This document shows, one piece after another, positions 1 through 14,700 of a stretch of DNA of 64,000 nt. A program made the translations under genes and the position numbers. Numbering within the stretch: position 1 is the first letter of the stretch; each line of letters opens with the position of its first letter. The DNA is from Thalia democratica (lineage: Eukaryota), in the NCBI GenBank assembly GCA_965202585.1, contig OZ241826.1:103788001-103852000 (forward strand), read 5' to 3'. Below the pieces are notes generated by a model. The model ran no database searches, was not told where the DNA came from, and saw only the letters and a list, made by a program, of their open reading frames with translations.

Positions 1-1356
1 AATATTTTTAATGCATGTAGAAAGTTATTAAAAAGATAAAGCATGACGTAACTACAAATACAAAAATGAAGCTTACAATTTGAATATCCTACTTTTTATC
101 TAAAATTAATTTTTTAACGTATAAAGCTTTTAGTTTGCAATGAAATCTATAAAACTTTTAAAACTCTTAGTAATAATAAAGCATGTTGTTGTTTCTAATA
201 TAAACCTTAAAAAAATAAAGTTAAGCTAAAATAAAAGAAACTAAACAAGATTAAGGTTTTTAAATTCTATTTATAACGTGTTAAGATGTTATTAAGTATA
301 AAACTTATAACTTTAAAGATAGATAGAAATAGTGGAGCTTATAGTTTGTTGTAGTTTATATATAGAAAGAAAAGCTAAACTAATGAACTTGAACTCAAGT
401 TGTAACACTTAAAACTTAAAATAATAAGACATTTCATAATAGATAGTTATAATTCTATAAAAATCATTAAGTTATTTTATAACTTAACTTTTATATTCTA
501 TTTTGAAGGTATTAATAATAACAAAGCTTATTGTTGTCTATAGATTAAAATGAGTAAAATTAAAGCAAAAGTAAAATAGAAGGCTTTGGACTAAAACCAA
601 ACTTAAATCGTTAAATATTGAGTTTAACGTATTTTTAGTTTTAAAATAATGAACTAGACCTAAAAAATCATTAGAAAAAAAAGAGCTTATTGTAGGTTAC
701 AGTTTAAAATCTGAAAAAAAACAAATAAAAAGCGAGGTACTAAAATAATCTAAAGTTGTAACATTTCTACTTTAATGAAACGAACTATTTAGATATCTAT
801 AATTAAAAACTCTGAAATCATAAAATGTTAGTATATATATATATTTTTAACTAACTATATAAATGCAGTAATATTTTTTGTTTAAATTTGTTTTCGGTCA
901 CAGCTTATTAATCAATCTACTTTATAAAAACTTTAAGTTGCAACAGTTTTTAGCGGTTTAATACCTGGTGGGATCCAAACTAGTTTCGTTTAGGGACACA
1001 ATCAATTCTATACAGTTTGTTGAATTATAACTTACTAACTCAAACTTAAAATACTTCTTAAATGATTTTATTAATTTATTAATAGCTTTGTTGAAACGGC
1101 TCGTAATGTTTTTTAATCAAACTTGAAAAACAAAGTTGTTTACATTTATAGATATTTGGAGGAAGGAAATATTATTGAAAGAAATAGTTCAATGAAAAGT
1201 AAATATAAATGTAAAAATATGAAGCAAAATATTAAAAATATTCTTTGTTAACAATCTGTCTTGTTTTAAGAATATTAAATTATTTTGCTTAAATTATTTA
1301 AATTCGAAAACATTTGTTTCAAAGTCCAACTACTTTTTTCTCCTGTTTATTCTATA

Positions 1357-1425
1357 TCAGGGGTCGGCAGGCAGTTGGTGATCGCAGGCCAAATTTCAAG
1401 TTTCCAAAATCTTCGCGGGCCGCAG
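1357..1425 (+). mobile_element. Possible 5' terminus of a hAT-like MITE (CAGGGGTCGGCA...GCGGGCCGCA); matching right end not found
   Basis: GC-rich island starting CAGGGGTCGGCA and containing GCGGGCCGCA, a pattern typical of hAT-type MITE ends. No partner TIR seen. Confidence 0.3.
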
Positions 1426-2628
1426 TTTTAGTTTTAGTGACTTTTAAATAACCTTTTGGTTTTAGTTTTAGTCATTTTAAAGAACGTTTTACTTTTAAAC
1501 AATTTAAAATTTTAAGTGAACTTTAACTATAAGTGTAAACTTAGCTTGAATGGCTTTTTTTGAATTTTTTTTTACCAAACTTCAAAATTATTATTTTCAA
1601 ATTATTTAATGCTAACTCGTAATTTTTTTTATTCTAAAGAACGTTCCTTTGCTTTGCTTTTCACAATAACTTCCATCGAATTGGAGTTTGACTTTTGTAG
1701 TGGGACCTCTTTAAATATTTTGAAATTTTGTCTATTTTTTTAATTTTATAATTTTTTATGCAAAAATAATAAATTTTTTATAAATATGAATATATTAATA
1801 GTTACTTTTATAACATACCTTGTAATATTGTAAAACATTTTAAAAAATTTCCTGTCCACATTTTGTCCTCTTATTTTATAGAAATTAAAATAAAAAAATC
1901 TTTTGTTTAAAAGATGATCGTATTCTTTTGAGTAAACTAAAGTTGAAAGCTTTTTACTGGGTTTTTATGAATATTAAAAAAAAATCTGTTATAACTTGTT
2001 TTACAATAAAAATGTACTTCAGGAATTTTACAAATAATAAACCTTATAACAAGTTCAAATTATAGTTTATAAAACTAAATTCCGATTTTAGACAAGTGAG
2101 GTTTGCAACAACTGAGATATTCATTATTTTAAACTTACCTAAAACACATTAAAATCTATAAATATATTTTATATTATTTATTTTAATCATAAACTATGTA
2201 CTTATTTCTACATTTTTCTCAAGGTTTTAATAAAACAACTATTATTTTATAATTCTTTTATGTTTAATCTTTTCATTAACCTTAAAAGTATAAATTGAAA
2301 AATGAACAACTAAAAATTCATTTAGCTGTCGAAAATTTTTTTAGATTAAAATAGAAAATACATGTATTTAAATTTTTCATCACTATGACTCTGACTCAGT
2401 GCGTAAACAGTCGAAAATTATAGGTATTGCTATCTAAGTTGTCAACAATTAATAATATTTTAAATATAATTAACTCTATATTACTAACAAAAATATTCAG
2501 ATCATTTTTTAAATGCCATTTTCTTAATAATCCTGACAAAAGTAATTTTTAAGCAAAACAGTAGAATATATTTTATCTTTACTCATACTACAAATTAAGT
2601 TTCGTTTCATTTTAATTAAAGAATCATA

Positions 2629-2846
2629 CGAATTATAGATAAGTTTATTCAGATTTTTTTTATTTGTCTTTATCTTTTTTGAACTTTATAACAATAAAAA
2701 ATTTTATATTTTTCATCTTTTTATATAGTTTTTTTGACGAATTATAGATAAGTTTATTCAGATTTTTTTTATTTGTCTTTATCTTTTTTGAACTTTATAA
2801 CAATAAAAAATTTTATATTTTTCATCTTTTTATATAGTTTTTTGAC
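2629..2846. repeat. Head-to-tail duplication of a 109-bp AT-rich unit
   Basis: CGAATTATAGATAAGTTTATTCAG... starts at 2629 and again at 2738; the copies read identical by eye. Confidence 0.9.
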
Positions 2847-3984
2847 AGCCTTCAAAAAAATTAAGGTGGTTTCAAAAGTTGAACGTTAGTTTGCGATTTC
2901 ATGATTAATCAAGCGAAGCATTAATTGATGTTTTGCCAAGCCGCTAATGCTATTGTTATTATTTTTTTAATGGTTCAATTTATTAAGTATATTAATAGAT
3001 GTATATTTCTCGAATGTTAAGATATCTAAAAGGCGCAGAGATTGAAGTTAGTTTTAACTTATTTAAAAATTAAAAAAGTTAATTTTTATTTAAACTCAAA
3101 GTTTATTTAAATAGGTTTTTGGTTATTTTGATGAATGATTTTGTGAAACTATTATTTATAAAATTTATCAAGATTTTAATAAAGTTAAATTTAAACATGA
3201 TTGTTCAAGTTCTGATTGTGTATATTGTAAAACTAAACTTTCATTAATTGTTTTCTTTGACTATATGTATATTGTTAAAACATGGTCTTTAGAGAAATTA
3301 ATTAAGTTAAGAAACTTTTAATTTTTGTCAATTTAAAAAATTTATCTAATTTGATTGTTATTAAACTAGGTTACAAAAAACATGTTATTACAGATTTTTT
3401 ACAAGTTATTTCTTTGCCATATCCTATAATTGGCTGTTTTTACCTGATAAACAATCAATGGTATGAGCAGCACAAATATTAACATGTCATATTTACAAAT
3501 AGATGTTACAACTAAATAAAATATAGTTATAATTTTTATTTAAAAACCTGAAAAAACCTGGAAAATCTTAGAATTTGACAATTTAGACTAAAAAACATGG
3601 AAAAACCTTGAATTTGAGTTATTTAAAAAACCACCTAGGAAAACCTGGAACTTTTAATAATTTTAACATGTTCAGCAGTAAAATTTCAACTTGACACAAA
3701 AAATCTATAACACAGATTAAAAAAAAATTTCAACATAAAAGTTTACTTATTAAAATACTAATTTTAAGTACAGTATTTTTTTAATGTTGTTATATTATAT
3801 TACACAGTTCTTTTCTTAAACTTAGATTTAAACTAAAAACAGACCCAAAAATGTGAACTTTTAAAAAACCTGGAAAAAATTTTAAGAACTAGGAGAAAAT
3901 TTGCCAAAAACATTTGATAACCCTCTTACCAAAATTTTTTGGATACCCATTAGTATTCATTAAAAAGGAAACTTTCTTAATAAA

Positions 3985-4368
3985 CAGGGTTGTCACAACA
4001 CCTTAAATCCATAAAAAACCCTGATACACCTTGAATTTAATTAGTACTTAATAAAAATTAAAAAAATCCAGAACTTCATAACAAGATCACTAAAATCCTG
4101 GAAAACCCTGGAATATTATACAGTTTTCACATGTTTTCACAATTTTTAATTTTACATAAAACTTCTATCATATAAACAAAACAATTTTGATATCATCAAA
4201 ACTTTTTTTATCAAAAACACATTTAAATAAGCTTTACTGTATCAATTTTATATTTATAGAATTTAAAACAACTTTTTACCTTAAACATAATTTTAAACTA
4301 AAAATAAACCCAAAATGTATACTACTAAAAACATGGAGAAATTTTCTTAAAAACCAGTGGCAACCCGG
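3985..4368. mobile_element. Non-autonomous DNA transposon (MITE) with CAGGGTTGNCAC-type TIRs
   Basis: Left CAGGGTTGTCAC (3985), right GTGGCAACCCGG (ends 4368), internal CCTGGAA motifs; flanks AATAAA / AATACA (6-bp TSD, 1 mismatch). Confidence 0.6.
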
Positions 4369-6855
4369 AATACAGTTAAGTCTTTTTTTATTATATATGT
4401 CATTTCCTTTTAACATAGTATTATTATAAACATCTAAAAGTGTATGATTCTATTCGATAAAAGTATTAAATATGAACGACTTTAAATCACTCAGGGATGA
4501 CACTAAAATCAGTTTAAAATTAATAAAAATATTATAAGTCAAATTCATTTGTACTTTTTTGAAAACTTTGGGCTGACACGAGCTTTTTTAAAAGTTTGCT
4601 AGTTTGAGACTATGTTTAAAGCAGTATTTCTAAAAGTTTTTCTTTTAATATGTTCATTAATACTTTTTTGTAGATAAGTATGTAATAATGACGAATAAAA
4701 CTTTTCATGATGTTGATTATATACAATTTTTTACATTTTCTTATAAAACTAGTCAAGTATTCAATCTTGCAGGGTAGTTTTTGCTTACTAGGGCTTCTTT
4801 TACCTCGAATAGTGGCAACCCTGATGATTATGTTTGATAAGTCATAGTTATTAAAGGTTATAAGATGTTTTATACATTTAAATGTTAAGAAAAAATATCT
4901 AAAAACTGTGTAATACTTCATTAAGTTATTTTAGTAAAAAAATACTATTTAAACTTTTATTAGCCTAGTTCTTGAAGTTTTAATTTTGTTGGTACTACCT
5001 TGCATAACCTTAAACTATAATTTTTTACTGTTTTTTGGACTAAATTTATAATAAAAATGATAAATAAATTTACAAGTTACCTAGATAAATTAACATAAAA
5101 TGTGGTAAACGGTAGAGGTAAAATAATAAACAAAGTTGTAGTAAAAATAACCTTTTTAATATGCAGACATAGAATATCTTTATTTGAACTATTTTTCATT
5201 GTAATCAAATAATGTCTACTTTGTTAAGCTGCTGAACATCTAACTTTAACTTTGTCTATGAAAGTTGCTTTTTATTTATAGGCTTATATTTTTGCTAAAA
5301 TATCATTTTGATTTAAACAGCTCCATAATTGATATGCAAGTAATTAAAATCTACATACTTTATTAAAAGCTAATGTATTTTCCTACCTCGGGTTTTTCCT
5401 AGTATTTACATTACTCATTTACCTATGTACTTTTAAGTAACATTAAAAACTGTATTTTTCATTTTAAATAAAAAAATATATAAAAGGATAAATAAAATAG
5501 TCTTAAAATAAAAATGTTACTACTTTTTGCAGTCGAATGGCTGCACTTTTCAAAACTAATAAGATCACTTCAATATTTTTTTAAAAGTTGACTTCAAAAT
5601 GGATACAGTTATTGAGTTAACTTTTAGGTCCCTGATAAATTGGCAATAAACAAGTATATATTTTTGATGTATAGAAGATTAATTTAATTTAAAAATTAAC
5701 AAAAGTTAAATATTATATTTCAATGGGCCTACTATTATGAGAAGAAAATTTTTGAACCAATCAACAGCCAAAAAATTAAGAATGTTATGCTAAAGTAATT
5801 TTTTATTAATAAAAAATTATGTAAGTTATTACCAACACAAAGGTAATTGTTAATTCTTTTTAATGATTTTTTGTAAAACTTGATACAAACATTTTATAAC
5901 TGATTTTAACCGCTACATTATGTGTTATAGCAAAAAAGTAAAAGATTTATAAATATATTGAGTAAACAGATTGATTTTTTTTTATTTTAGGTCAAATGAA
6001 GCTAGGTGAGATTCTTTTTGATTCAATGTGTTTAAATTCAGTTCAATACACCACTTTATCATCACTGAAAATTTGGTTAGTTTTTAAACTAAGGTTTTTT
6101 AATTTTTTTAAAAAAGTTTTTAACTTATTTGTGCATATCTTAAGTCATAGATGTTTTAAAACTTTGTTGTCACATTCTCAGGATAACTATGGACAGTAAG
6201 AAATAGTTGAAAGCATAGGATAAAAAAGGCAAATTAAATTTTTTTTATTAGAAACTTAAGACAATCTCAGATTTTTAAAATCCTCATTTGATTTTAAGAT
6301 ATAGTTGTTTTAACTACAATAGTTTTATTTAATTTGTTTAACAAAATGTTTTGATTAAAAAAATTATTTTTAATGGCTAAAGAAAATTCAATGCAAAAAT
6401 AATTTATTTTAATTGAAATTTAAAGAATTTTCAAAAAAAAGTCAGGATGACTAAAGACAGTTTAAAGTCACACAGGCCAGTTTTAGTTACTTATTATAGT
6501 TTTTGTGATTAATATAAGTGACAACCCTGATAGAAACCAACAAGTTGGTTAAATTAAAAAAAAAATTAACAAGTAAATTTTCAAGTCTTAAAAGATTTTA
6601 ACCTTAACTTTAGGTATATTATTAAATTTATTAACTTTTAATCCATAATGCTATAAAGTACATATTTTATTTTATGTTTGAGTATGAACTTGTAAAGCTA
6701 CTTTTTTTTGATTGCAAAACGGGTTAATATTTAACTTAAGGTTTATGAAAGTATTCCAATAACAAATTGGTTATTGATGATCTCTCTTTGCTAGTTTGAG
6801 TATAACCACGAGAAAATCAAGACTGCTATAAAGTTTCCTCACTTATGATAATGCA

Positions 6856-8837
6856 CAGGACTGCCACACACTCAGGGTAACTCAGGATATTTTAAAAACC
6901 TATAAAGTCTTAGGATGAATCAGGGTAAGTTAGGATATTTTGACACATAATTTTTTATTAATAATTTAAACACTGTATGATCAGGACATTTTTTCTTTTT
7001 TATAAACACCTCAAGGTATTTTTAAGATTTTTTAATAATTTACGGCCTATTTTTTTAGACAAAGAACAAGATGTGGTTAATCCAGTTTCAATATTATTCA
7101 TCATATATTAACAGTTTTGTTTGAGATTATGTATTTTATTTATTTATAAATACTCATTTAAAAATACAGAGTCTTGTGGTTTGTTCTTCCCACACTTGTC
7201 CTACAAGTGCCTTCTCTTGCAAATGTGACACCTTTCCAACTTTGTATATAGTTTAAAATATTTTGAATTATGTAGGACATCTAAATTTACTATTTTTCAT
7301 TTTACCATATATAGTACTCAATTAAATGCATATTTATTAACTTCAGTGTAATTTAAATCAAACAACTTACTAAAAACTTAAAATAAGAATATAATAATCT
7401 CAAATATATGATTAATGCTACATTCTTATGTTTAAGTGTAAGAAGAATAAATCGCAAGGCTAAATATTTTTAAATGAGCATTTTAAAATTAATAAAAGTC
7501 AAGTACTTAAACAAAAAAAAAACTGATACTGGATTAAGTAAATCTTATTCTTAATCTAGAAAAAATATTTCCAAAAACTATTAATAAAATTTTCAACTAT
7601 GTTGAGATGTTTATAAAAAAGAAAAATGTCCTAAATCATCCTGAGTTAAAAAAACAAGTCAAAATATCAAATTACTCTGAGTAATCCTGTGATTTTGTAA
7701 ACTTTGAAAAGATCTTGAGTGTGTGGCAAACCTGTGCAGAGTGGTTGTCACTGTTGCACGAGGTGACACTTTTGCATAAGGGGACACTTTTGCACGCAAG
7801 GTCATTTCCACACAAGTGGACAATTTTGCACTGCTACTTTTTTACACGAGCATCATTTTTACACGGGGGTAACTTTTGCACAGGTAGAAAAAAAAATTAA
7901 ATCATGTTTAAGTATTTATTTTTTACTTTCATTAATACCCCTAACCCTTGGTGGGTAAATTATTTATTTGAATTATTTGATTTTATAATTCATTTTCAAT
8001 TATTATTTTCCAGATATATTTTTGATTAATAGATTTTATTAGGTGCATATTTTTTGTTATCACTATTACCTCTAGCCCATACACTCCGGTTGGTAAACTT
8101 TTAAGATGTATTTTTATAGTTTATTTATTTTACATTTTATATTTTTGGATTTTTTTTAGATTAATAGTTTTTATTAAGTACATATTTTATTTTCATCATT
8201 GTTATTTTTTCATATCACTGTTACCCTTACCCTCGGTCAGTATTTCTTTTTTCCTTTTTTGTTTTTCAATTAGTTTACTATTTATTTTTTTTGTATTTTT
8301 TTTTGCTTTTTCTGTTTACTATCACTGTTACCTTACCCTTGGTCGGTAACAATTTATTTTTAGTTTTTATTTTATGTATTTTTTATGCCAAAGTGACCCT
8401 TTGTGCAAAAATGTGCTCAGTGCAAAAATGACGCCGTGCAAAACTGTCTTCTTGTGCTAAAGTGACGCTTGTGTAAAAGTGTGCCCTCGTTCAAAAGTGA
8501 CCTGTTCCCATATAAAGTTAGTTAACATGGTTACATAAATTTATCCACACATTTTGTTTTAAATTTCATTTAAACTAAAATTTTAAAGTTAAGTTTTCAA
8601 AAACGGTATTTTTCTTAAATTTAGTGAACATCTAATGCAAAAGTATACACATTCAAACTTCTTTTGAACCATTAAGAACCAAAAGAAATATTGGTTATCA
8701 GTATTTTATTGCAGAGACACGAAAAAAAAAAGAATTTGAAAAAAAAAACTTAAAATGATAGTGGGCAGTTTAAGGTCACTCAGAACAACTTTTCGTCACC
8801 CAGGACATTTTTTTATACTCAAAGAGTGGCAACCCTG
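6856..8837. mobile_element. Composite CAGG-TIR element with perfect 6-bp TSD, carrying nested material
   Basis: Left CAGGACTGCCACACACTC (6856), right GAGTGGCAACCCTG (ends 8837), both flanked by AATGCA. An extra right-TIR-like GAGTGTGTGGCAAACCTG lies at 7717-7734. Confidence 0.65.
7740..8509. mobile_element. Foldback/MITE-like element with inverted subterminal arrays of CACTTTTGCAC-like repeats
   Basis: About 7 degenerate (C/A)TTTTGCAC units at 7745-7885 and their reverse complements (GTGCAAAA(A/G)TG) at 8390-8505, around an AT-rich interior. Confidence 0.65.
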
Positions 8838-11075
8838 AATGCATAATTTAGTGCACTATAAAAATGTTCTTAAACAAACAAATGATATTTAGAAATTTGC
8901 AAATATTAATTGCATTTAATTATAGTTTGTCACTCATCTACTCTTTACAACAGATAATAGTTTTTCACTTGCAAATGTTTTTGTAAAAGAAAGTACTTGT
9001 AAAATAAAAGGGGTACATTTGTTCATGCAAAAGACAGTATAAGTAATATCATTTTTCTACAACGATTTAATTCTAATGCGATTTATGATTATGTTTTAAT
9101 AACTAGAATACAATATTTTATTTTAGGTTGAAAGAAGCCAGGTTTGAGTCTTATAAATCCTGATGTTGAGGTTCAGCATAACTTCAACGATTAACCATCA
9201 CTTAATATTTGGTAAGTATCAAAACTTAATTATTAAAATATTGCCTCGTGTATATCTTAGGTTTTTTTATACAGGGTTACCACACACTCAGGATAAAAAC
9301 TTCAAACCTTAGGATGACTCAGGCCAGTCTTGTTTTAATATGGATTTCAGAATATTATCACAATTTTTTTGTAAATCCATGCAAATGTTTAAACTTGTTC
9401 TTTATTTAAATTTGGTATTTTAATTTTTCTATTTTTAAATAGTTTTTAATTTAAATTTAAATTTTAATATATTTTTCTAATAGTTTTATTAAACAATTTA
9501 GAAGGTGAAGAAAGAAAGAGGAAGTTAAGATGACACAAAACCAACAAGTTGGAGTCTGGACTCTGATTCACCGGTCAGTATTTTAAAGTACTTAAAAAGC
9601 TTATATGATGATCATAATCAATTTAAACGTTTTTGTTGATGAAGTCAATCTAAAGTATCAAAACATGATTAATCATTTTATGCCTAATGAGTTACAATGT
9701 TTTTAATGCTGTTGCCTAAAATAAGTTTAAAATTGTGGTCACTTTGATTACAGTTTTAAACTTTAGCCAAATGCATATAAAGTTAGACTTTAAACTACCT
9801 GAACATACCTTTTAACTTATTGTATATTTTACTGTTTTATTACTTTAGCTTAGGACAAAGTTATTATAGAGCTTAATTTATTATTTATATTTTTGATTTG
9901 TGTGGCTCTCAACGTTTTAAAAACTAGCAACTATAGTATAAAGTGCACACTTTACAGTTTAAAAGTAAAGTATGGTCCAAGGGCATGCTCTCTTTCATCA
10001 TTGGAGTTGCATAGTTTTTGTCATTGTAACCTGCTACTTAGGTACGCATTTCTTAAGTACGCACTTCTTAGGTACGCACACAACATTGCCCGTTGGGTTC
10101 TAGCCGAATAAGCTGTTCAACATAGAAGTAAAAATTAAAATACAAAAGTACTAACAATTTTTTAATATTATTGATACAGTAAATTTAAACTAAAAACCGT
10201 AAAAAAGTAGTAATACTACAGATTGTCTATCAAATCAAAAAAATTAACAAAAGAAATAATAATGTATTTAAAAATTCAAGATATATGATGTTTTTTCAAA
10301 GTTTATTTATTTTTGATTTGAATAAATTTTGTTATAAAGTTTATTTTAATTAGTAATTTTATTTTAAAATGTTGAAATCTCATCGAATAAAAAAAAAGTT
10401 AGTTAAACTTATACAATATCATAGAAGTATATTTAAATTATGTAAAATGTGTAGTCTGATTGTTTAAGAGTCCTAATGATGGTTTAAAAAACTCTATGGT
10501 CAAGTATTTTGAAATCTAAATCCTGTGGCCCACACAAACAAAAAAATAAATTATAGTAATTAAAGCATTAAAAGATAGTTATGTACATTGACTGATGTTA
10601 TATGGTCTAATGATGGGTTTTGTAAACTCTCAAAGTTGAACAATACACTATGCAAACCTATTGGTTGACACATAAGTCATGAAAAGGCACTTAGTTAAAT
10701 AAAATTAAAAAAAAAAATATTGAAGTTTCACTAAATTCATGTCCTGGCCAAGTTTTTAAAATTGCATAGTCAGATTTTTGAGCTTAAGAATCAATATTTT
10801 AAAAATAAATATTTATGTGTTGACCTTGATTACTCAACTATATTTTCAAATGCTATATAGTTTAAAAATAAAGAGTTTGCTCCATATTTAGTAAATACAA
10901 TAAACTTTTCTAGTTAAAATGTACTTACTAGCTCATTTGCAATGCTTAACGATCATTAATTTATATTAAATAGTATTTTGTAATGAAAATATTAAGCGAC
11001 TTTGTAAATAGTTTCTCAGATCAAAAGTAAAACTTATGTAGACTTTTTTTCTGTGACATCATAATATAATTTTAA

Positions 11076-11769
11076 GGCCATACGGGGGTCTAATATTTTA
11101 AAAAAAAAATTAACTTAAGTTTTATATAAAAGCTTTAAGTATAAACTCAAGTTAGTTTTAAAAGAATTCAAAAATACTATTTAACTTTTGAGATATTTTA
11201 TATTTTGTAAAAAGTTTCCGATACAAACGTATGGACCATAAATTTTTTGAAATTTTCTTGGAATTTTAAAATTTACTAAAAATCTATCTTCTTATTCATT
11301 TTTTTAGCAGTCTTCCTCAAATTTTCATGAAATGTTCCTTATGTTGTAAGATAAAAATGTTACTTATGAAATTTAAAAAAATTAAAAAGATAAAAGTTTT
11401 AATTTAAATTTAAAAAATTTAAAAAATAAGTCCATTTTTTTTTCAAAAAATAGTATTTTTACTAAAAAATTTTTAAAGACAAAAGTAATTTTTTTTTGGT
11501 TATTGTATGAAGATATAAAGATTAGACTGTGAAAGTTTTAAGAAAACTAGAGAAATGTAGGAGGAGATAGATTTTAAATATAATAATCTTTTTCTGCATT
11601 TTTAGTTTTCCCTTCCCAAAAGGAACCCATAATGCGGTCTGACTTTTGCCGGTCATATCTCAGAAAATAATTTTAATTTTTTTAAACATTAAAAAACTAA
11701 TTAAAGTTTATCAAAAACTTTATATAACAAAATCAACTTGTAAAAAACATGGCTAACCCTATATATGGC
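11076..11769. mobile_element. TTAA-flanked non-autonomous element, Kolobok-like
   Basis: TTAA|GGCCATACGGG at the left and CCCTATATATGGC|TTAA at the right (imperfect TIR, TTAA on both sides). Family assignment rests only on TTAA flanks and purine-purine termini. Confidence 0.45.
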
Positions 11770-14700
11770 TTAATTTTTAATTTATTTCAGCTGACTTTAA
11801 GAGAAGCCCAGCCAAATGTGAAACTTTCCAACTGTAATCTTTCTGTAAAACAAATTAGCACTCATTATTTAACAATTTAGCAAATAGGCGAAACCAAATA
11901 TATAAATATGTTTTTGATGAATAATCTAAGCTTCAATTTTTGTTTTCTTTTTTTTTTTTTCATTGGGTGCTCAGGAAACAGGAAACCTTTCATAACACGC
12001 CCCTGGTATGGTCTATATTTCAGACAAATTTTTATAAATGTAAAAGAAACTTACACTGACTTACTAGATAATTAGGACATACTTTAGGTATGTTAAGGTT
12101 AGCTTATAAAGTTTGAAGATCTTATTCTTCAGTTTTTCTTTTTTATTGATAATAATAATACTGTATTTAAAAGTTTAAAACTTCCATAATACTATACTAT
12201 TGTGCATTTTCATACCTATTTTTTTAGTTCTATAACTGAACTTATACTATTACTTTTTGTCTTTTTTAAAGTATTAATAGAAGGTTTGATGTACTCAAAA
12301 AGTTTTTATAAACCTTCAGATAACTTATGTATAATGTATATGCAAATCAAATATAAATTTTACAAATAAAAGATGTGATCAGGCTGCTAAATCAGATTAG
12401 ATGCAGAATCAGTTTACCAAAAAGTTTTGCTTTATCATTAACAAGTAGTTTACTTATTTTTCTGTAACTGTATGTAATTTAACAATTTATATGGTACAGT
12501 TAAAATAAAAATACGACCTACTTTTTGAAATCCTGATGGACATATTAAATATATTTACCTAGAACTTTTTAACTATAAAATATTTTGCAACTCAAATACA
12601 GAGTTAGCAAGTTAAAATGGTGTTCTGGCTGGTAAATTAAAATCTACTCAACAAAAGAATATATGTAAATATTATGTAGTAATAAAATGTTTGTATTCTT
12701 TTGTATTACTTTTGATCAATACAATGTGTGTTTTTATAAGTCATATGATGAAATGACAAAATCAATCATCTATTAAATTTAAGAAAAGACAAGAAAATTG
12801 AGTTAAGTAAATGTTTTACTTTCATAGAATTCATAAAATTTATTAAGTTTAAGTCAAAAATTGGTTTTCAATTGGTTCTAATTCTCTAATTAGTTGGATG
12901 TAAAAACTTTTGTAACAGTAAAAATTAAAGAACTTGATAAAATAAATAGTTGTTATTTTAATATACTCTTATTCATTAAACCTCGACAGTAGTAGTTTAT
13001 TCAAACATAACTGATGAACTACAGTTCTGTAGTTCTTTTTAGGTCATTTTATTTATATACCATTATTATATTAATTGTTTTGTGTAAGAATTCCACATTA
13101 GTCAAGTTAAGTTGGTGGTAAAGTTGTAAGAATGCAGAAGATTAGTTGTTTTCTTATTATAAGATAGGTTTGATTTATAACTAATCTTTTAAACGGTATA
13201 TAAGGATTGTTTTGTTTTTATAAAAAATATAATGTTTTTTAAGGTTTTAAAAAGAAACAGAATTGCAAAAAAAATATAGGAACCCAGGAAATACCTGGAA
13301 TTTGATAATTTTAAAATAAAACTAGAAAATTTTAAACAAAAAATATTAAATAATCTTGAAAAACCTGATATTTAGGGAATTATTTTGTGTAAAGAAAAAA
13401 AAAATCGAAGGATATCCAAAAATTTGTTATATAGCAAAAAAAATTAAAAAAACCCATTCAAAGTAGAATAACAATATCTTTTCAATATTTATATAACATT
13501 TAAGACAGTTTTTCAAATATAAATTGATATAGTACTAAAAATGGACCAAAAATTGTTTTTACTAAACATAGAAAAAACATAGCAAACCTGAAAAAATTTT
13601 CAAAAATCCTTCGGCAACCCTGTACAAGTATTTATGTAAAACATTCTCTTGACTAAATATTGTTACATACAATAAAGTGGTAATAATTTTTTTATTAAAT
13701 CAATTCAAAAAAAAATTGCTAATAATAATAAGTAAATAAAATACTGAAATAAAACTTAAGTGACTATTGTTATGATAATTTTTTAGGCTTTTGGTGCATT
13801 TTTTTATTATATAAATGCTGATATTGGATTACTAAGTACCATTATTTTTTGTTGTTAAGTTTATTCCTTGTCATTTATATTTTTACACTTTTTATTGAAA
13901 TTTATATATAAAATTCAGAATATCTATAATAATATTTATTGATATAGTTATGGCCCTTATGCATCTTACGGTCCCTTAACCTTTTAAAAAGACTCTAAAA
14001 GTGGCAATATGACCATTTTATGGAAAACCCTGCTATTTAGCTTTTACTCTTTTATAATTGATTACTATGGTAATTACAAAGAAACTCATAATACCTATAT
14101 GTGTGTCTAACTTATCAAAAATACATTTACTTGAATAATTTCATTGTATACTAATAAAATGTAAAAAATACAAATTTATTAGTTATAATTTTTGTTTTAA
14201 TTATTTTACTTAGATTTTTTTAAATTAAAGTTTCTAAATTGTTTATAAGGTTCTTTTAATTAGAAGTATTTGACTACAAATTATGTATTATAAAAGTAGA
14301 TTTAAAAATGTTTTATGTTACCAACAGAATCAAAACCTTGCTTCATGAAGGTAACAAGGACGTATCAATCAGTGATCCAATTCAGACCAGCCACGATGTT
14401 TCGAGATCAATTACAATGTTTCCAGATGAATACTATATAATTTATTTTAAAGATTTTTATTAATATTTATTTAATTAAAATTTTCAAAGCCAACAACGAT
14501 GTTTCCAGAGGAATACTATTTTGCTTATTTTATCGCCATTAAACGAATCAAAACTATTTATTAAATGTTAGATTTTTCTAACAATGCATCAAATTATTGT
14601 TATTTTAACTGGTTAAGTTCTGTACAGACAATTAATTTATTTAAGTAGCTTGTTCGTAATCATAAATAACACAATATAATAAATGGTAGGGAGCAAAATT

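Noticed and set aside
13011-13040. CTGATGA followed by a perfect hairpin (ACTACA-GTTC-TGTAGT), hammerhead-like
   Set aside because: No GAAA after the hairpin and no stem I/III partner; it is just a 9-bp inverted repeat.
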